Origin: Arenicellales bacterium | GTDB taxonomy: Bacteria; Pseudomonadota; Gammaproteobacteria; Arenicellales; JAJDZL01 | NCBI GenBank assembly: GCA_965213865.1 | Contig: OZ243928.1 | Location: 1,706,945-1,770,944, forward strand | Direction: 5' to 3' | DNA length: 64,000 nt | Shown here: in pieces, positions 20,063 to 30,081 of the stretch | Layout of the letters: every line of letters begins with the position of its first letter | Position numbering within the stretch: position 1 is the first letter of the stretch | Program-made: the position numbers and the translations under genes | The notes under the pieces: model-generated | Told to the model about the DNA's origin: nothing | The model's input: the letters and a program-made list of their open reading frames with translations, nothing else | Databases searched by the model: none

Positions 20063-20611
20063 ATGACAGCGAGTTTGGCAGTACACGCCTACGACACGCT
20101 CTCGATTGCGAGGAATCTTGAGCAAGACTATGCGTTCAACAAGAGGCAGGCAGAGGGAATTGCGAGGACCATTCACGAGCATCTGGTCGCCAATGTCGCG
20201 ACTAAGGATGATCTTGAGAAACTTGCTGCTGAGCTGCGCGGCGAGATACGCGCTGAGGTGGGCGAGCTGCGCACCGAGATCGCCGAGATGCACACTGAGA
20301 TCGCCGGACTGCGCACCGAGATGCACACTGAGATCGCCGGACTGCGCACCGAGATGCACACTGAGATCGCCGGACTGCGCACCGAGATGCACACTGAGCT
20401 GGGCGAGCTGCGCACCGAGATGGGCGAGCTGCGCACCGAGCTGGGCGAGCTGCGCACCGAGCTGCGCACTGAGATCGCCGGACTGCGCACTGAGATCGCT
20501 GCGATCAATAACAGAATTGACAATTTGAGCAAGACCCTGACGATCCGCACCGGTGCGATGATCGTGGCCGCAATGGGATTTTTCTCAGCATTGCAAGCCG
20601 TCATCGGCTGA
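20063..20611 (+). CDS. DUF1640/CCDC90-like membrane-anchored coiled-coil protein (paralogue 2, 182 aa, repeat-expanded stalk)
   Basis: Head, neck and C-terminal anchor nearly identical to the 11786 protein; central tandem repeats. Confidence 0.78.
   Translation: MTASLAVHAYDTLSIARNLEQDYAFNKRQAEGIARTIHEHLVANVATKDDLEKLAAELRGEIRAEVGELRTEIAEMHTEIAGLRTEMHTEIAGLRTEMHTEIAGLRTEMHTELGELRTEMGELRTELGELRTELRTEIAGLRTEIAAINNRIDNLSKTLTIRTGAMIVAAMGFFSALQAVIG
20283..20398 (+). repeat. Perfect 33-bp coding tandem repeat, 3.5 copies (CCGAGATGCACACTGAGATCGCCGGACTGCGCA; 11-aa unit)
   Basis: Units start at 20283, 20316 and 20349, with a partial unit from 20382. Confidence 0.95.
20396..20458 (+). repeat. 21-bp coding tandem repeat, 3 copies (GAG(C/A)TGGGCGAGCTGCGCACC; 7-aa unit)
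   Basis: Units start at 20396, 20417 and 20438; one mismatch. Confidence 0.93.
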
Positions 20612-20759
20612 CTTCAGCGAGCGCCGTTCGGACGCTCATTTGCCGAATGTCGAGGCTCATGCCGGCAGCGCTTCCTTCTCATGACTCTCTCGCTTTTTTT
20701 CGCTATAGCTATATCGCTATATCAAACTTCAGTACCGATCAGCCATGCACTCAAGCGGG

Positions 20760-20788
20760 ATTTCTCTCTAAATATTTCTCTCTAAATA
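20760..20788. repeat. 14-bp tandem duplication ATTTCTCTCTAAAT x2 in an AT-rich intergenic region
   Basis: Read directly from the sequence. Confidence 0.85.
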
Positions 20789-21113
20789 GTGTCTGTCAGA
20801 AAACCCCTATCCGACAGTGTTGCAGTTTGAAAATTTGCTTACTTTTCAGAAAGTAAAAAGGGCTTATATACCTAACTTGACAAAGTTAAAACATGAGTCA
20901 ATTAATTCTCAAAGAAAGAAAAATATCGAGTGATTTGGAGAATTGATTTGAATATTTGTCGATAGATGGATGCATTTTGCATAGCTCAAGCCAAGTATAT
21001 AAACTCCAAAAAATAGCTAAGCTTACATCTCTTTTCGACGCAACAAAAGCCCTAAATTCTGCGCTGGGTTGATCAGTGATGCAGAAGGTTTGTAATCCAA
21101 AAATTTCTGCATC

Positions 21114-23417
21114 ATGCCGCGTACACAGACGAAATCAGATTCGAGAAAAAAAGATCGACGCCGCACTAGACACTCTGGCGGCCGCGACCTCCTGCGCGGC
21201 CTGCTGTGGCGCTTCATTGCTTGGCTGGCAGCACTGGCTGCGGTCTCAGCCGGGGCTGTTTTTTTCTGGATCGATAGTCAGATTCATGACCGCTTTGGCA
21301 ATCCGCTGTGGGCAGTGCCGGTGCATATCTACAGTCATCCCTTTGAGCTTTATCCAGGCTTGTCTATCAGCACTGAGCAGCTGGCCAAGCGGCTTCGCAG
21401 CTCTGGCTATCGCGAGAGTCAGACAGCTCGCCGCAGCGGACAGTATGCCATCCGCAATGGCGGTATCGACGTTGTCACCCGAGCTTTTGTCTTTTGGGAT
21501 GGGCCGCAGCCTTCGGTTAACGCTCGCATTGAGTTGACTGCGAATAAAATTAGAGCTTTGCAGGACATCGACAGCGGTGCGGCGCTGCCGTTCATCCGCC
21601 TGCGCCCCGTCTTGATAGGCAGTCTTTCGGATGAGCAGCATCAGGACCGCTATGTAGTGCGCCTGACCGAAATGCCGCCGCTGTTTCTGTCGACGCTGCT
21701 GGCGGTCGAGGATCGAAATTTTGTGCACCACCGAGGGGTTGATTTCCGCGCCATTGGCCGGGCGTTCGTATCCAACATGCTGGCCGGGCGGATTGTTCAA
21801 GGGGGCAGCACACTGACGCAGCAGCTGGTGAAGAATGTTTTCGGCCGCGGCCAGCGCAGTTACAGTCGCAAGCTGCTGGAAATCGCCACTGCTGTGGTTC
21901 TGGAGCATCGGCTGAGCAAAGATCAAATTCTGGAAGCCTACTGCAACGAAGTTTTCCTGGGCCAGGATGGCAAGCGCGCGGTGCATGGGTTTGAGCTGGG
22001 CAGCCGCTATCTTTTCGGACGCCCGGCTGCGGAACTCAACGCAGCTGAAATCGCACAGCTGGTCGGCATGATCAAAGCGCCGACCTCATATCACCCGGGC
22101 CGTCATCCGCAGCGCGCCCGGCAACGGCGGCAGGTGGTGCTGGATGTGATGCTGAATCAAGATCTGATCACTGCCGCTGAACACCAAAAATACAGCGCTG
22201 CTGAATTGCCGCTGGCGGCCGATCGCGAGCGCAGCGCTGTGCAGTACGGGTCGTTTGTCGATTACGTGCTGCGCAAGATGAAAAATCAAAATGTATCTGA
22301 ACCTCTAAGCGCCAGCAGCTATTCCGTGTTTACTACAATGGATGTTGAGGTGCAGCAAGCTGCGGAGAGCGCTCTGGCACGCCAGCTTGAAGAGCTTGAG
22401 GAGCGTTATTCAATTGCATCGGGCTCGCTTCAAGGCGGCATCGTAGTCGTGCGTCCGGATGACGGCGGGATTCTTGCCTTGGCGGGTGGTCGCCGCACAT
22501 ACATTGGAGAGTTCAATCGTAGTGTCGATGCTCGCCGTCCAATCGGTTCTTTGCTCAAGCCATTGATTTATATGACTGCTTTGGCTGACAGCAGCAACTG
22601 GACGCTGAGCACCATCGTTGCCGACCAGCCGGTAAGCTACGAGACGCAGGATTCCGGCACGTGGTCACCCAAAAACTTTGATGAGAAATTTGCCGGCGAT
22701 GTGACGGTGCTCAAGGCGCTGGCCGAATCGAGAAATGTACCCGCAGTGCGGGTTGGGATGACCGTCGGTGTTCGCAAAATCGCGGCCAATGTCAGGAAGA
22801 TGGGACATGACCTGCCGGGACCGGTCTACCCGTCCATGCTGCTTGGCGCAGTGGAGATGTCACCGTTTGAAGTTGCGCAAATCTATCAGACTTTGGCCAA
22901 CTACGGATATAAAATACCGCTTCGGGCTGTATCAAAAATTTCCGCAAAGGCACGCGAGATCACAAATCCGATCCAGCTGGACTCCAGTTCGGCGGTGCCG
23001 CCGGATCCAGCCGCTCTGACACTGTTTGCGCTGCAAGAAGCGGTTCGGTCCGGCACCGGCAGAGGTCTGGCGCAAACTTTTCCAGCCAGTTTGGGACTGG
23101 CAGGCAAAACCGGCACGACGGACGATTTCAGGGACAGCTGGTTTGTTGGACTGAGCGGCAATCTGCTCGGTGTTGTCTGGGTGGGCCGGGATGACAACCA
23201 GCCGGTTGGACTGACTGGTTCCGCGGGTGCGCTGCGAGTCTGGGAAGCAATGATGTCGCGATTGAATTTGCAGCCGCTGCGCATTGGCGGCAGCGACAAT
23301 TTGGAGTTTGTTGAGATTGATCTTGAATCAGGCCTGAGGGCGTCGCCGCGGTGCAGACAGATTCGGAAAGTACCGTACATCAGCGATTCCCAGCCGCAGA
23401 AAACAGCGCCATGCTAG
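21114..23417 (+). CDS. mrcB: Penicillin-binding protein 1B
   Basis: N-terminal TM helix, UB2H-like region, EDRNF and QGGSTLTQQLVKN (transglycosylase), GSLLKP, SRN and KTGT (transpeptidase). Confidence 0.9.
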   Translation: MPRTQTKSDSRKKDRRRTRHSGGRDLLRGLLWRFIAWLAALAAVSAGAVFFWIDSQIHDRFGNPLWAVPVHIYSHPFELYPGLSISTEQLAKRLRSSGYRESQTARRSGQYAIRNGGIDVVTRAFVFWDGPQPSVNARIELTANKIRALQDIDSGAALPFIRLRPVLIGSLSDEQHQDRYVVRLTEMPPLFLSTLLAVEDRNFVHHRGVDFRAIGRAFVSNMLAGRIVQGGSTLTQQLVKNVFGRGQRSYSRKLLEIATAVVLEHRLSKDQILEAYCNEVFLGQDGKRAVHGFELGSRYLFGRPAAELNAAEIAQLVGMIKAPTSYHPGRHPQRARQRRQVVLDVMLNQDLITAAEHQKYSAAELPLAADRERSAVQYGSFVDYVLRKMKNQNVSEPLSASSYSVFTTMDVEVQQAAESALARQLEELEERYSIASGSLQGGIVVVRPDDGGILALAGGRRTYIGEFNRSVDARRPIGSLLKPLIYMTALADSSNWTLSTIVADQPVSYETQDSGTWSPKNFDEKFAGDVTVLKALAESRNVPAVRVGMTVGVRKIAANVRKMGHDLPGPVYPSMLLGAVEMSPFEVAQIYQTLANYGYKIPLRAVSKISAKAREITNPIQLDSSSAVPPDPAALTLFALQEAVRSGTGRGLAQTFPASLGLAGKTGTTDDFRDSWFVGLSGNLLGVVWVGRDDNQPVGLTGSAGALRVWEAMMSRLNLQPLRIGGSDNLEFVEIDLESGLRASPRCRQIRKVPYISDSQPQKTAPC

Positions 23418-23525
23418 CGCTTGGGCATATTGACGCGGCACTGACCTGATGCCGGATTGCCGGGATAGAGGCATGCAGGCCTGCGGTCAGCTTTGAAAAA
23501 GCATCATCGAGTACCATTTGGCGCC

Positions 23526-26027
23526 ATGACTGAGCATTACGATTTTGCTGCTATTGAATCCCAAGTCCAGCGGTTCTGGGAGGACAACGAAAGCTTTAAG
23601 GCCGTCGAGGACCCGCAGCGGGAGAAATTCTATTGCCTGTCCATGTTTCCCTATCCGTCTGGGGCGCTGCATATGGGGCATGTGCGCAATTATTCCATTG
23701 GTGACGCCATGAGCCGCTATCAGAGAATGCGGGGCAAGAATGTATTGCAGCCGATGGGATGGGACGCGTTCGGGCTGCCCGCGGAAAACGCGGCCATCGC
23801 CAAAGGCGTGCCGCCTGCCAAATGGACGCAGGACAATATCGCGCATATGAAACATCAGCTTAAGCAGCTCGGTTTTGGATACGACTGGTCGCGCGAGCTG
23901 GCAACCTGCGCGCCCGACTATTACCGCTGGGAGCAGTGGTTTTTTACCCGCTTGCTTGAAAAGGGACTGGCGTACCGCAAGCTGGCTGTAGTCAACTGGG
24001 ACCCGGTGGAGCAGACTGTATTGGCGAATGAGCAGGTTGACGCGCAAGGGCGCGGATGGCGTTCCGGCGCATTGGTGGAGCAGCGCGAAATTCCGCAATG
24101 GTTCATTCGCATTACGGCGTACGCAGATGAGCTGCTTGATGAGCTCGATAATCTCGATGGCTGGCCTGAATCAGTCAAGACGATGCAGCGCAACTGGATC
24201 GGCCGCTCCGAAGGCGTGAATTTCGATATTCAAGTCAAGGGGGGCCGCGCGCCGCTTCGGGTCTATACCACTCGTCCCGATACGGTAATGGGCATCACCT
24301 TCATGGCTGTCGCTCCGGAACACCCTTTGGCGCTGGAGTTTGCCAGATCTGACAGCAAGATCGCCCAGTTTGTCGAATCCTGCAAACAGATCAATACTGC
24401 CGAGGAAGCCATGGAAACCATGGAAAAACGCGGCATGCAGCTGCCGATTCATGCGATCCATCCAGTCAGCGCAGAGCCGCTGCCTGTCTTTGTTGCCAAT
24501 TTTGTGCTGATCTCTTACGGCACCGGCGCCATCATGGCAGTGCCCGGGCACGATCAGCGGGATTGGGAATTTGCCCGCAAATATGGCATTGAGATACGGC
24601 AGGTGGTCAAGCCTGCGAGCGGCCAGGCAGATTTGAGCCGGGCCGCGTTCGTTGACAAGGACGATACCCTTTCTTGCAATTCGGGTCAATTTGATGGTCT
24701 TGACTTTGAGGGCTGTTTCAATGCCATTGCGGATTATCTGTGCGAGCATGCCGCAGGCGAGCGGGCCACCCGCTATCGCCTGCGTGACTGGGGTGTCTCG
24801 CGCCAGCGCTACTGGGGCTGTCCGGTGCCGGTTGTTTACGACGAAAATGGAGATTATCATCCGGTTGAGGATGCCTCGCTGCCAGTGGAGCTGCCGCAGG
24901 AGGTTGAGTTTCAAGGTGTGGTTTCGCCGATTCGCGATGATCCAGATTTCATCAACACCAATATTCCGGGCACCGATCAGCCCGGGCGGCGCGAAACCGA
25001 TACGTTTGATACTTTCTTTGAGTCATCTTGGTATTTCGCGCGCTTTTGCTGTCCCGGCGCCGATGCGAAAGTTGACGGGAGAGCCAAATACTGGCTGCCA
25101 GTCGATCACTATATTGGCGGCATTGAGCATGCGGTCTTGCACCTGCTGTATGCGCGCCTGTACAACAAGCTGATGCGCGACTGCGGCCTGCTTGACAACG
25201 ATGAGCCGTTCACCAATTTACTGACACAGGGCATGGTGCTCAAGGACGGCTCGAAAATGTCAAAATCAGTCGGCAATGTCGTCGATCCGGAGGAAATGAT
25301 TCAGCGCTATGGCGCGGATGCAGTGCGCCTGTTTGTACTGTTTACGTCGCCGCCGCACCAGACGCTCGAATGGAATGATGAGGCGCTGGCTGGCGCGCAC
25401 CGATTCTTGACTCGAATCTGGAATTTGGTGAATCGCCACCGCGAGGACATATGCCGGTGCATTTCAAGCCAGCCGGATTTCCAGCTGGATGCCAGCTGCC
25501 AGCTGTCAGAGCCGAATAATCCGTCCGTTCGTCGCCAAAGATGGCTCACCCATTCGCTGCTGCAGCGCATGTGCCGGGACTTCGAGCGCCACAACTACAA
25601 TACCGCAATTGCAGCCTGCATGGAACTGGTCAATGCCATCAGCGCTTTTGAGACTGACGCTGGCGAGGCTTGCCCTGACGATCGCCTGCGGGTGATCGCT
25701 GAGGCTGTGTTCGCGCTGGTGCGGGTTCTCGCACCGGTATCTCCGCATGTTTGCCACGAATTATGGGAACGGCTGGGACTCGCGACTGCGCTGCTTGACG
25801 CGCCCTGGCCGACGGTTGATGAATCGGCGCTGGTGCAAGAAACTATAATCATGCCTGTACAGGTGAATGGCCGCTTGCGGGGACAGATCGAGGTCGCAGC
25901 AGATGCGGATCGCGAAGCAGTCAAAAAAGCGGCCCTGGCCAATGATGCGGTTCGGCGTCATCTCGAGGATCAGCCGCTTAAGAAAGTCATCGTGGTTCCG
26001 AAGAAGTTGATCAATTTAGTGGTATGA
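23526..26027 (+). CDS. leuS: Leucine--tRNA ligase
   Basis: MFPYPSGALHMGH, TTRPDT, KMSKS. Confidence 0.96.
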   Translation: MTEHYDFAAIESQVQRFWEDNESFKAVEDPQREKFYCLSMFPYPSGALHMGHVRNYSIGDAMSRYQRMRGKNVLQPMGWDAFGLPAENAAIAKGVPPAKWTQDNIAHMKHQLKQLGFGYDWSRELATCAPDYYRWEQWFFTRLLEKGLAYRKLAVVNWDPVEQTVLANEQVDAQGRGWRSGALVEQREIPQWFIRITAYADELLDELDNLDGWPESVKTMQRNWIGRSEGVNFDIQVKGGRAPLRVYTTRPDTVMGITFMAVAPEHPLALEFARSDSKIAQFVESCKQINTAEEAMETMEKRGMQLPIHAIHPVSAEPLPVFVANFVLISYGTGAIMAVPGHDQRDWEFARKYGIEIRQVVKPASGQADLSRAAFVDKDDTLSCNSGQFDGLDFEGCFNAIADYLCEHAAGERATRYRLRDWGVSRQRYWGCPVPVVYDENGDYHPVEDASLPVELPQEVEFQGVVSPIRDDPDFINTNIPGTDQPGRRETDTFDTFFESSWYFARFCCPGADAKVDGRAKYWLPVDHYIGGIEHAVLHLLYARLYNKLMRDCGLLDNDEPFTNLLTQGMVLKDGSKMSKSVGNVVDPEEMIQRYGADAVRLFVLFTSPPHQTLEWNDEALAGAHRFLTRIWNLVNRHREDICRCISSQPDFQLDASCQLSEPNNPSVRRQRWLTHSLLQRMCRDFERHNYNTAIAACMELVNAISAFETDAGEACPDDRLRVIAEAVFALVRVLAPVSPHVCHELWERLGLATALLDAPWPTVDESALVQETIIMPVQVNGRLRGQIEVAADADREAVKKAALANDAVRRHLEDQPLKKVIVVPKKLINLVV

Positions 26028-26584
26028 GCATGGCAGCCAAAGATCTTAAAGGGCTGGGTCGCGCGCGGCGCTTGTGCCCGGCAGCATTGGCGCTGGCGCT
26101 CGCCGTGGCCGTCTGCGGATGCAGCGGCGGTTTTCATCTGCGCGGAACGCAATCGTCTCCGCCGACCCTGATTGACCGCGCCGGCATCGCGATCGAGGTC
26201 AGCAGTCGCGATCCTGAATTGCGCTATACGCTCACCGCGGCGCTGCACCAGCGTGGATTCCGTGTTGTCATGCAAAATGCCGCCTATTCGATTGCAGTCA
26301 GTGAGGGTCGTGCAGGCGAGCCTGTCGGGGAGACATCGGAACTCGAAGGCATGTTCTCAATGCCGACTGAGACGCAGCGCTATGCGCTGCTCATGCATGT
26401 GACGGATCTGGGCAGCGGTGCCAGGATATCGAAAATTTTCAGAGTCGAGACAGACTATACCAATCCCAGCGAGAGCGATTTGATCGAAACCTCGCTTCTG
26501 GATGCCGTTGCTGAGCAAAGTCGCGAGCAGGCGGTGCGTCAGGCGACAGACTATCTGATTCGCTGGCTCGCCGATCACAATTGA
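26024..26584 (+). CDS. lptE: LPS-assembly lipoprotein LptE
   Basis: Lipobox-like VCGC followed by GFHLRG; conserved position between leuS and holA. Confidence 0.7.
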   Translation: MSMAAKDLKGLGRARRLCPAALALALAVAVCGCSGGFHLRGTQSSPPTLIDRAGIAIEVSSRDPELRYTLTAALHQRGFRVVMQNAAYSIAVSEGRAGEPVGETSELEGMFSMPTETQRYALLMHVTDLGSGARISKIFRVETDYTNPSESDLIETSLLDAVAEQSREQAVRQATDYLIRWLADHN

Positions 26585-26602
26585 CAGGAATCATTGACTT
26601 GG

Positions 26603-27619
26603 ATGAACCTGAGCTATACTGAGCTGAGTCGCCACCTGAGCGAGCAGATTGCTGAGCGCTATCTGGTTTTCGGCAATGAGCCGTTTCTCAACGACACCTG
26701 CACACGAGCGATTCGGGACCAGGCTCGAAGCCTGGGATTCAGCGAAAAAATCACGCTTGCCGTCTCCGCGGATTTCAGCTGGAGCCAGCTCCATGAGCAC
26801 CTCGACAATCACTCGCTTTTTGCTGATAGGAAGCTGATTGAGATCCGGTTTGCGGACGCGATCAAACCCGGAACGCAAGGTGCGATTGCATTGCGCGATT
26901 GTCTCAGTCAAAGCGACAAGAATGTGATATTGATGGTGAGCGGCGGTGAAATCGAATACGCGGCACGACGGTCAAAATGGTTCACTCAGTGGCAGCAAAA
27001 AGCGGTCGTAGTCGAAACCAAGCCGATGGGGCATTCCCAGTACCGCGGCTGGATTCAAGCGGTGATGCAAAAGCGGAATTTGAAGTTTGAGCCTCAAGTG
27101 CCTGAGCGGCTGGCCTATTATTTTGAGGGCAATATGCTCGCGGCAGCCAACGAGGTGCGCAAACTCGCTCTCGGATATGATGAGCAGACCCTCACGGTTG
27201 CAGATGTGGAGCGCATTGTTGCGGATCAAGGCCGGTTCAGTGTTTACGGGCTGACTGATTCTTTTCTGGCATTCAACCTGGCGCGGACGGTGCGGCAGAT
27301 CAATGGGCTCAGAAAAGAGGGCACCGCGCCGGCTTTTATTTTGTGGGCGCTGCTGAGAGAGATGCGGCTGGTCTACCGATATGCATTTCTTGAGGCGCGG
27401 CGCATGTCGGCACAGCAGTTTTTCAAACAACACCGCATCTGGCAGTCGCGACAGAGCTCAATCGTTCAAACAGCTCGCAAACTGGGGCCAGGCGGCTGCG
27501 GAGAAGTAGTCAGCTCGCTGGCGGCGATGGATCGCATCATCAAGGGTCGAGAGCGCGACCGCAGCAGCGAGTCATTTTGGGATGAGCTTGAGAAATTGGC
27601 GCATAAGGTATGCGCATAG
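26603..27619 (+). CDS. holA: DNA polymerase III delta subunit
   Basis: YLVFGNEPFL, SLFADRKLIE, EGNMLAAANE; synteny. Confidence 0.88.
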   Translation: MNLSYTELSRHLSEQIAERYLVFGNEPFLNDTCTRAIRDQARSLGFSEKITLAVSADFSWSQLHEHLDNHSLFADRKLIEIRFADAIKPGTQGAIALRDCLSQSDKNVILMVSGGEIEYAARRSKWFTQWQQKAVVVETKPMGHSQYRGWIQAVMQKRNLKFEPQVPERLAYYFEGNMLAAANEVRKLALGYDEQTLTVADVERIVADQGRFSVYGLTDSFLAFNLARTVRQINGLRKEGTAPAFILWALLREMRLVYRYAFLEARRMSAQQFFKQHRIWQSRQSSIVQTARKLGPGGCGEVVSSLAAMDRIIKGRERDRSSESFWDELEKLAHKVCA

Positions 27620-27709
27620 CGCTCATTGACGGCTGAATGTATGGCATACTATCGCCTACAGGTGACATTGCGCCAACGCCAGTCACAATGCACGGATTGA
27701 TTCTGCCTG

Positions 27710-28990
27710 ATGAACGCTCAAACCCAGCTTGAATTTGATCTCGAAGCCTATGTTGCAAAGCTTGCGAGAGATGCGCGCAGTGCGTCGAGAACGGTCGCCG
27801 CCGCTGCCACTGCGCAGAGAAATCAGGCATTGACCAGCGCCGCGCAGTCCATCGAGGCATCCGCCGATACGATCGCTCGCCAAAATGCGATCGACTTGAA
27901 GGCAGGTGAGCAGTCGGGCTTGTCGGCGCCGCTGCTCGATCGTCTTGAGCTGACGGGCCCGCGGATTCAGCAGATGGCGGAAAATTTGCGCCAGGTGGCT
28001 GAGCTGGAGGATCCAGTCGGCCAGATTACTGATCTTGCGAGCCGGCCCTCGGGCATCCGCGTCGGGCGCATGCGCGTGCCGCTCGGCGTGATTGGAATCA
28101 TTTATGAATCCCGTCCAAATGTCACGGTCGAGGCTGGCAGCCTGTGCCTCAAGTCAGCCAATGCGGCCGTATTGCGCGGCGGTTCCGAAGCGTTTTACTC
28201 AAATCAAGCCATTGTCAAGTGTCTGCATGCAGGTCTGCAGGCGGCGGCTTTGCCGGTCGAGACAATCCAATATATCGAGACAACGGACCGCAGCGCCATT
28301 GATGCACTGATCGCTCAGGATGCGGCAGTGGATGTCATCATTCCGCGCGGCGGCAAGGGACTGATCGAGCGCATCGCGGCAAACTCAGCGATTCCCGTCA
28401 TCAAGCACCTTGATGGAGTATGCCATGTTTATGTGGATGCCGGTGCGGATATGGCGCAGGCGGTGCCGATTGTCATCAATTCGAAAACGCATCGTTACGG
28501 GGTTTGCAACGCGATGGAGACACTGCTGGTCCACGAGGCCGCCGCACCGCAGATTTTTGCTTCTGCAGTGCCGCAGCTGAAGGCGAAGGGGGTGGAGCTC
28601 AGAGGCTGCGAGAGCGCCTGCGCCATCGATCCGGACCTGTCACCGGCGACCGAGGCAGACTGGTATGAAGAGTATCTGGCGCCGATCCTTGCCATCCGGC
28701 TGGTCGACAGCATTGAGCAGGCAATTGCGCATATCAATCAGTACGGCTCGCAGCACACCGATTGCATTGTCACCCGCGACATCTCGAGCGCCGACCGGTT
28801 TCTTAAAGAAGTGGATTCAAGTTCGGTCATGGTCAACGCCTCGACTCGATTTGCGGACGGTTTCGAATATGGACTCGGCGCCGAAATCGGCATCAGTACC
28901 AATAAACTGCATGCGCGCGGTCCGGTTGGACTTGAAGGCTTGACGATGCAGAAATTTGTTGTTTTCGGGCAGGGGCAGATCAGGCAGTGA
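27710..28990 (+). CDS. proA: Gamma-glutamyl phosphate reductase
   Basis: [42 protein letters not shown]. Confidence 0.95.
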   Translation: MNAQTQLEFDLEAYVAKLARDARSASRTVAAAATAQRNQALTSAAQSIEASADTIARQNAIDLKAGEQSGLSAPLLDRLELTGPRIQQMAENLRQVAELEDPVGQITDLASRPSGIRVGRMRVPLGVIGIIYESRPNVTVEAGSLCLKSANAAVLRGGSEAFYSNQAIVKCLHAGLQAAALPVETIQYIETTDRSAIDALIAQDAAVDVIIPRGGKGLIERIAANSAIPVIKHLDGVCHVYVDAGADMAQAVPIVINSKTHRYGVCNAMETLLVHEAAAPQIFASAVPQLKAKGVELRGCESACAIDPDLSPATEADWYEEYLAPILAIRLVDSIEQAIAHINQYGSQHTDCIVTRDISSADRFLKEVDSSSVMVNASTRFADGFEYGLGAEIGISTNKLHARGPVGLEGLTMQKFVVFGQGQIRQ

Positions 28991-29088
28991 GAAGCATCCG
29001 CCAAGGGATGGAATCCTGCTTTTGAGCCACGCCATATGAAAGCGATTCAATCGGCTGTGCTGCCCTCGGCTTGGCATGATTCCACCGC

Positions 29089-29715
29089 ATGAAGCCAATT
29101 GGGATTTACGGCGGCACATTTGATCCGGTCCACTACGGCCATATATGGCCAGTGCTTGAAGTCCGAGACCGAACCGGCATCACTGAGATTCGCTATATTC
29201 CCAATTTCCACCCGCCGCACCGAAGTGCGCCCCGAACCGATGCTGCTCATCGTTTGAATATGCTGCGCATGGCTTTGAGCAGCTATCCGGGCATGCAGGC
29301 GGATGATCGTGAGATTGTGCAGGCGGGCCGGTCGCGCACGGTGTCAACTTTGCGTTCCTTGCGCGGCGAGTTTCCATTGCGTCCGCTGTGTCTGTTGATT
29401 GGCATGGATGCTTTTTTGGAATTCGAAAAGTGGCATTCCTGGCAGCATGTCCTGCGCCTGGCCAACGTGATTGTGATGACTCGGCCGGGATTCAGCAGAC
29501 CCAGGCGCCTGCCGTCTTGGTGGCGCTGCGCCGATACGGACGATTCGGCAGCGCTGTCTCGAACGGTCGCTGGCCTTGTCTATCAGGCGGCCGTGCAGCC
29601 CGTTCGGATTTCCGCCACCGAAGTGCGCCGCAAGCTTGCTTGCGGAAGCGACATCTCTGCCGAGGTGCCGCAGACGGTTATTGATTATCTAACGAACAAC
29701 AACTTGTATAAATAA
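29089..29715 (+). CDS. nadD: Nicotinate-nucleotide adenylyltransferase
   Basis: GGTFDPVHYGH, PPHR, IGMDAF, ISATEVR. Confidence 0.92.
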   Translation: MKPIGIYGGTFDPVHYGHIWPVLEVRDRTGITEIRYIPNFHPPHRSAPRTDAAHRLNMLRMALSSYPGMQADDREIVQAGRSRTVSTLRSLRGEFPLRPLCLLIGMDAFLEFEKWHSWQHVLRLANVIVMTRPGFSRPRRLPSWWRCADTDDSAALSRTVAGLVYQAAVQPVRISATEVRRKLACGSDISAEVPQTVIDYLTNNNLYK

Positions 29716-29727
29716 AGTCAGAGAGCT

Positions 29728-30081
29728 ATGAGTTTGAGCGTCGAAAAGATTCTGGAAACGATTATTGATTCAATAGGGAATGCGAAAGGGCTGAATATCA
29801 GCGTTCTGGATGTCAAGGAAGCGACCGATATGACTGATGTCATTGTGATTGTGACGGGGTCATCCAATCGTCATGTCAAGTCGATTATGAAAACTGTGGT
29901 CAATGAGATGAAAGATCTGGGTGTCAAGCCGATCGGGGTCGAAGGCGAGCAGTATGCGCAGTGGATACTGATTGACTATACCGATGTCATTGTCAATATC
30001 ATGCTTGCTGAGAGTCGGGAGTTTTACGATCTCGAAAGCTTGTGGCAGGAAACACTTAAGGTTCCTGCTGCCAGGATTTGA
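29728..30081 (+). CDS. rsfS: Ribosome silencing factor RsfS
   Basis: TGSSNRHV, EGEQ..WILID, REFYDLESLW. Confidence 0.9.
   Translation: MSLSVEKILETIIDSIGNAKGLNISVLDVKEATDMTDVIVIVTGSSNRHVKSIMKTVVNEMKDLGVKPIGVEGEQYAQWILIDYTDVIVNIMLAESREFYDLESLWQETLKVPAARI

Noticed and set aside
20283-20458. Repeat array considered as a possible CRISPR array
   Set aside because: The units are contiguous with no unique spacers, are multiples of 3, lie inside a coiled-coil ORF, and no cas genes are nearby.
19964-20604. Repetitive antisense and alternative-frame ORFs (19964-20392, 20106-20528, 20173-20604)
   Set aside because: They are shadows of the tandem repeats in the DUF1640 gene.
20700-21075. AT-rich region as a possible oriC
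   Set aside because: No DnaA boxes (TTATCCACA-like) seen and no dnaA/gidA context.
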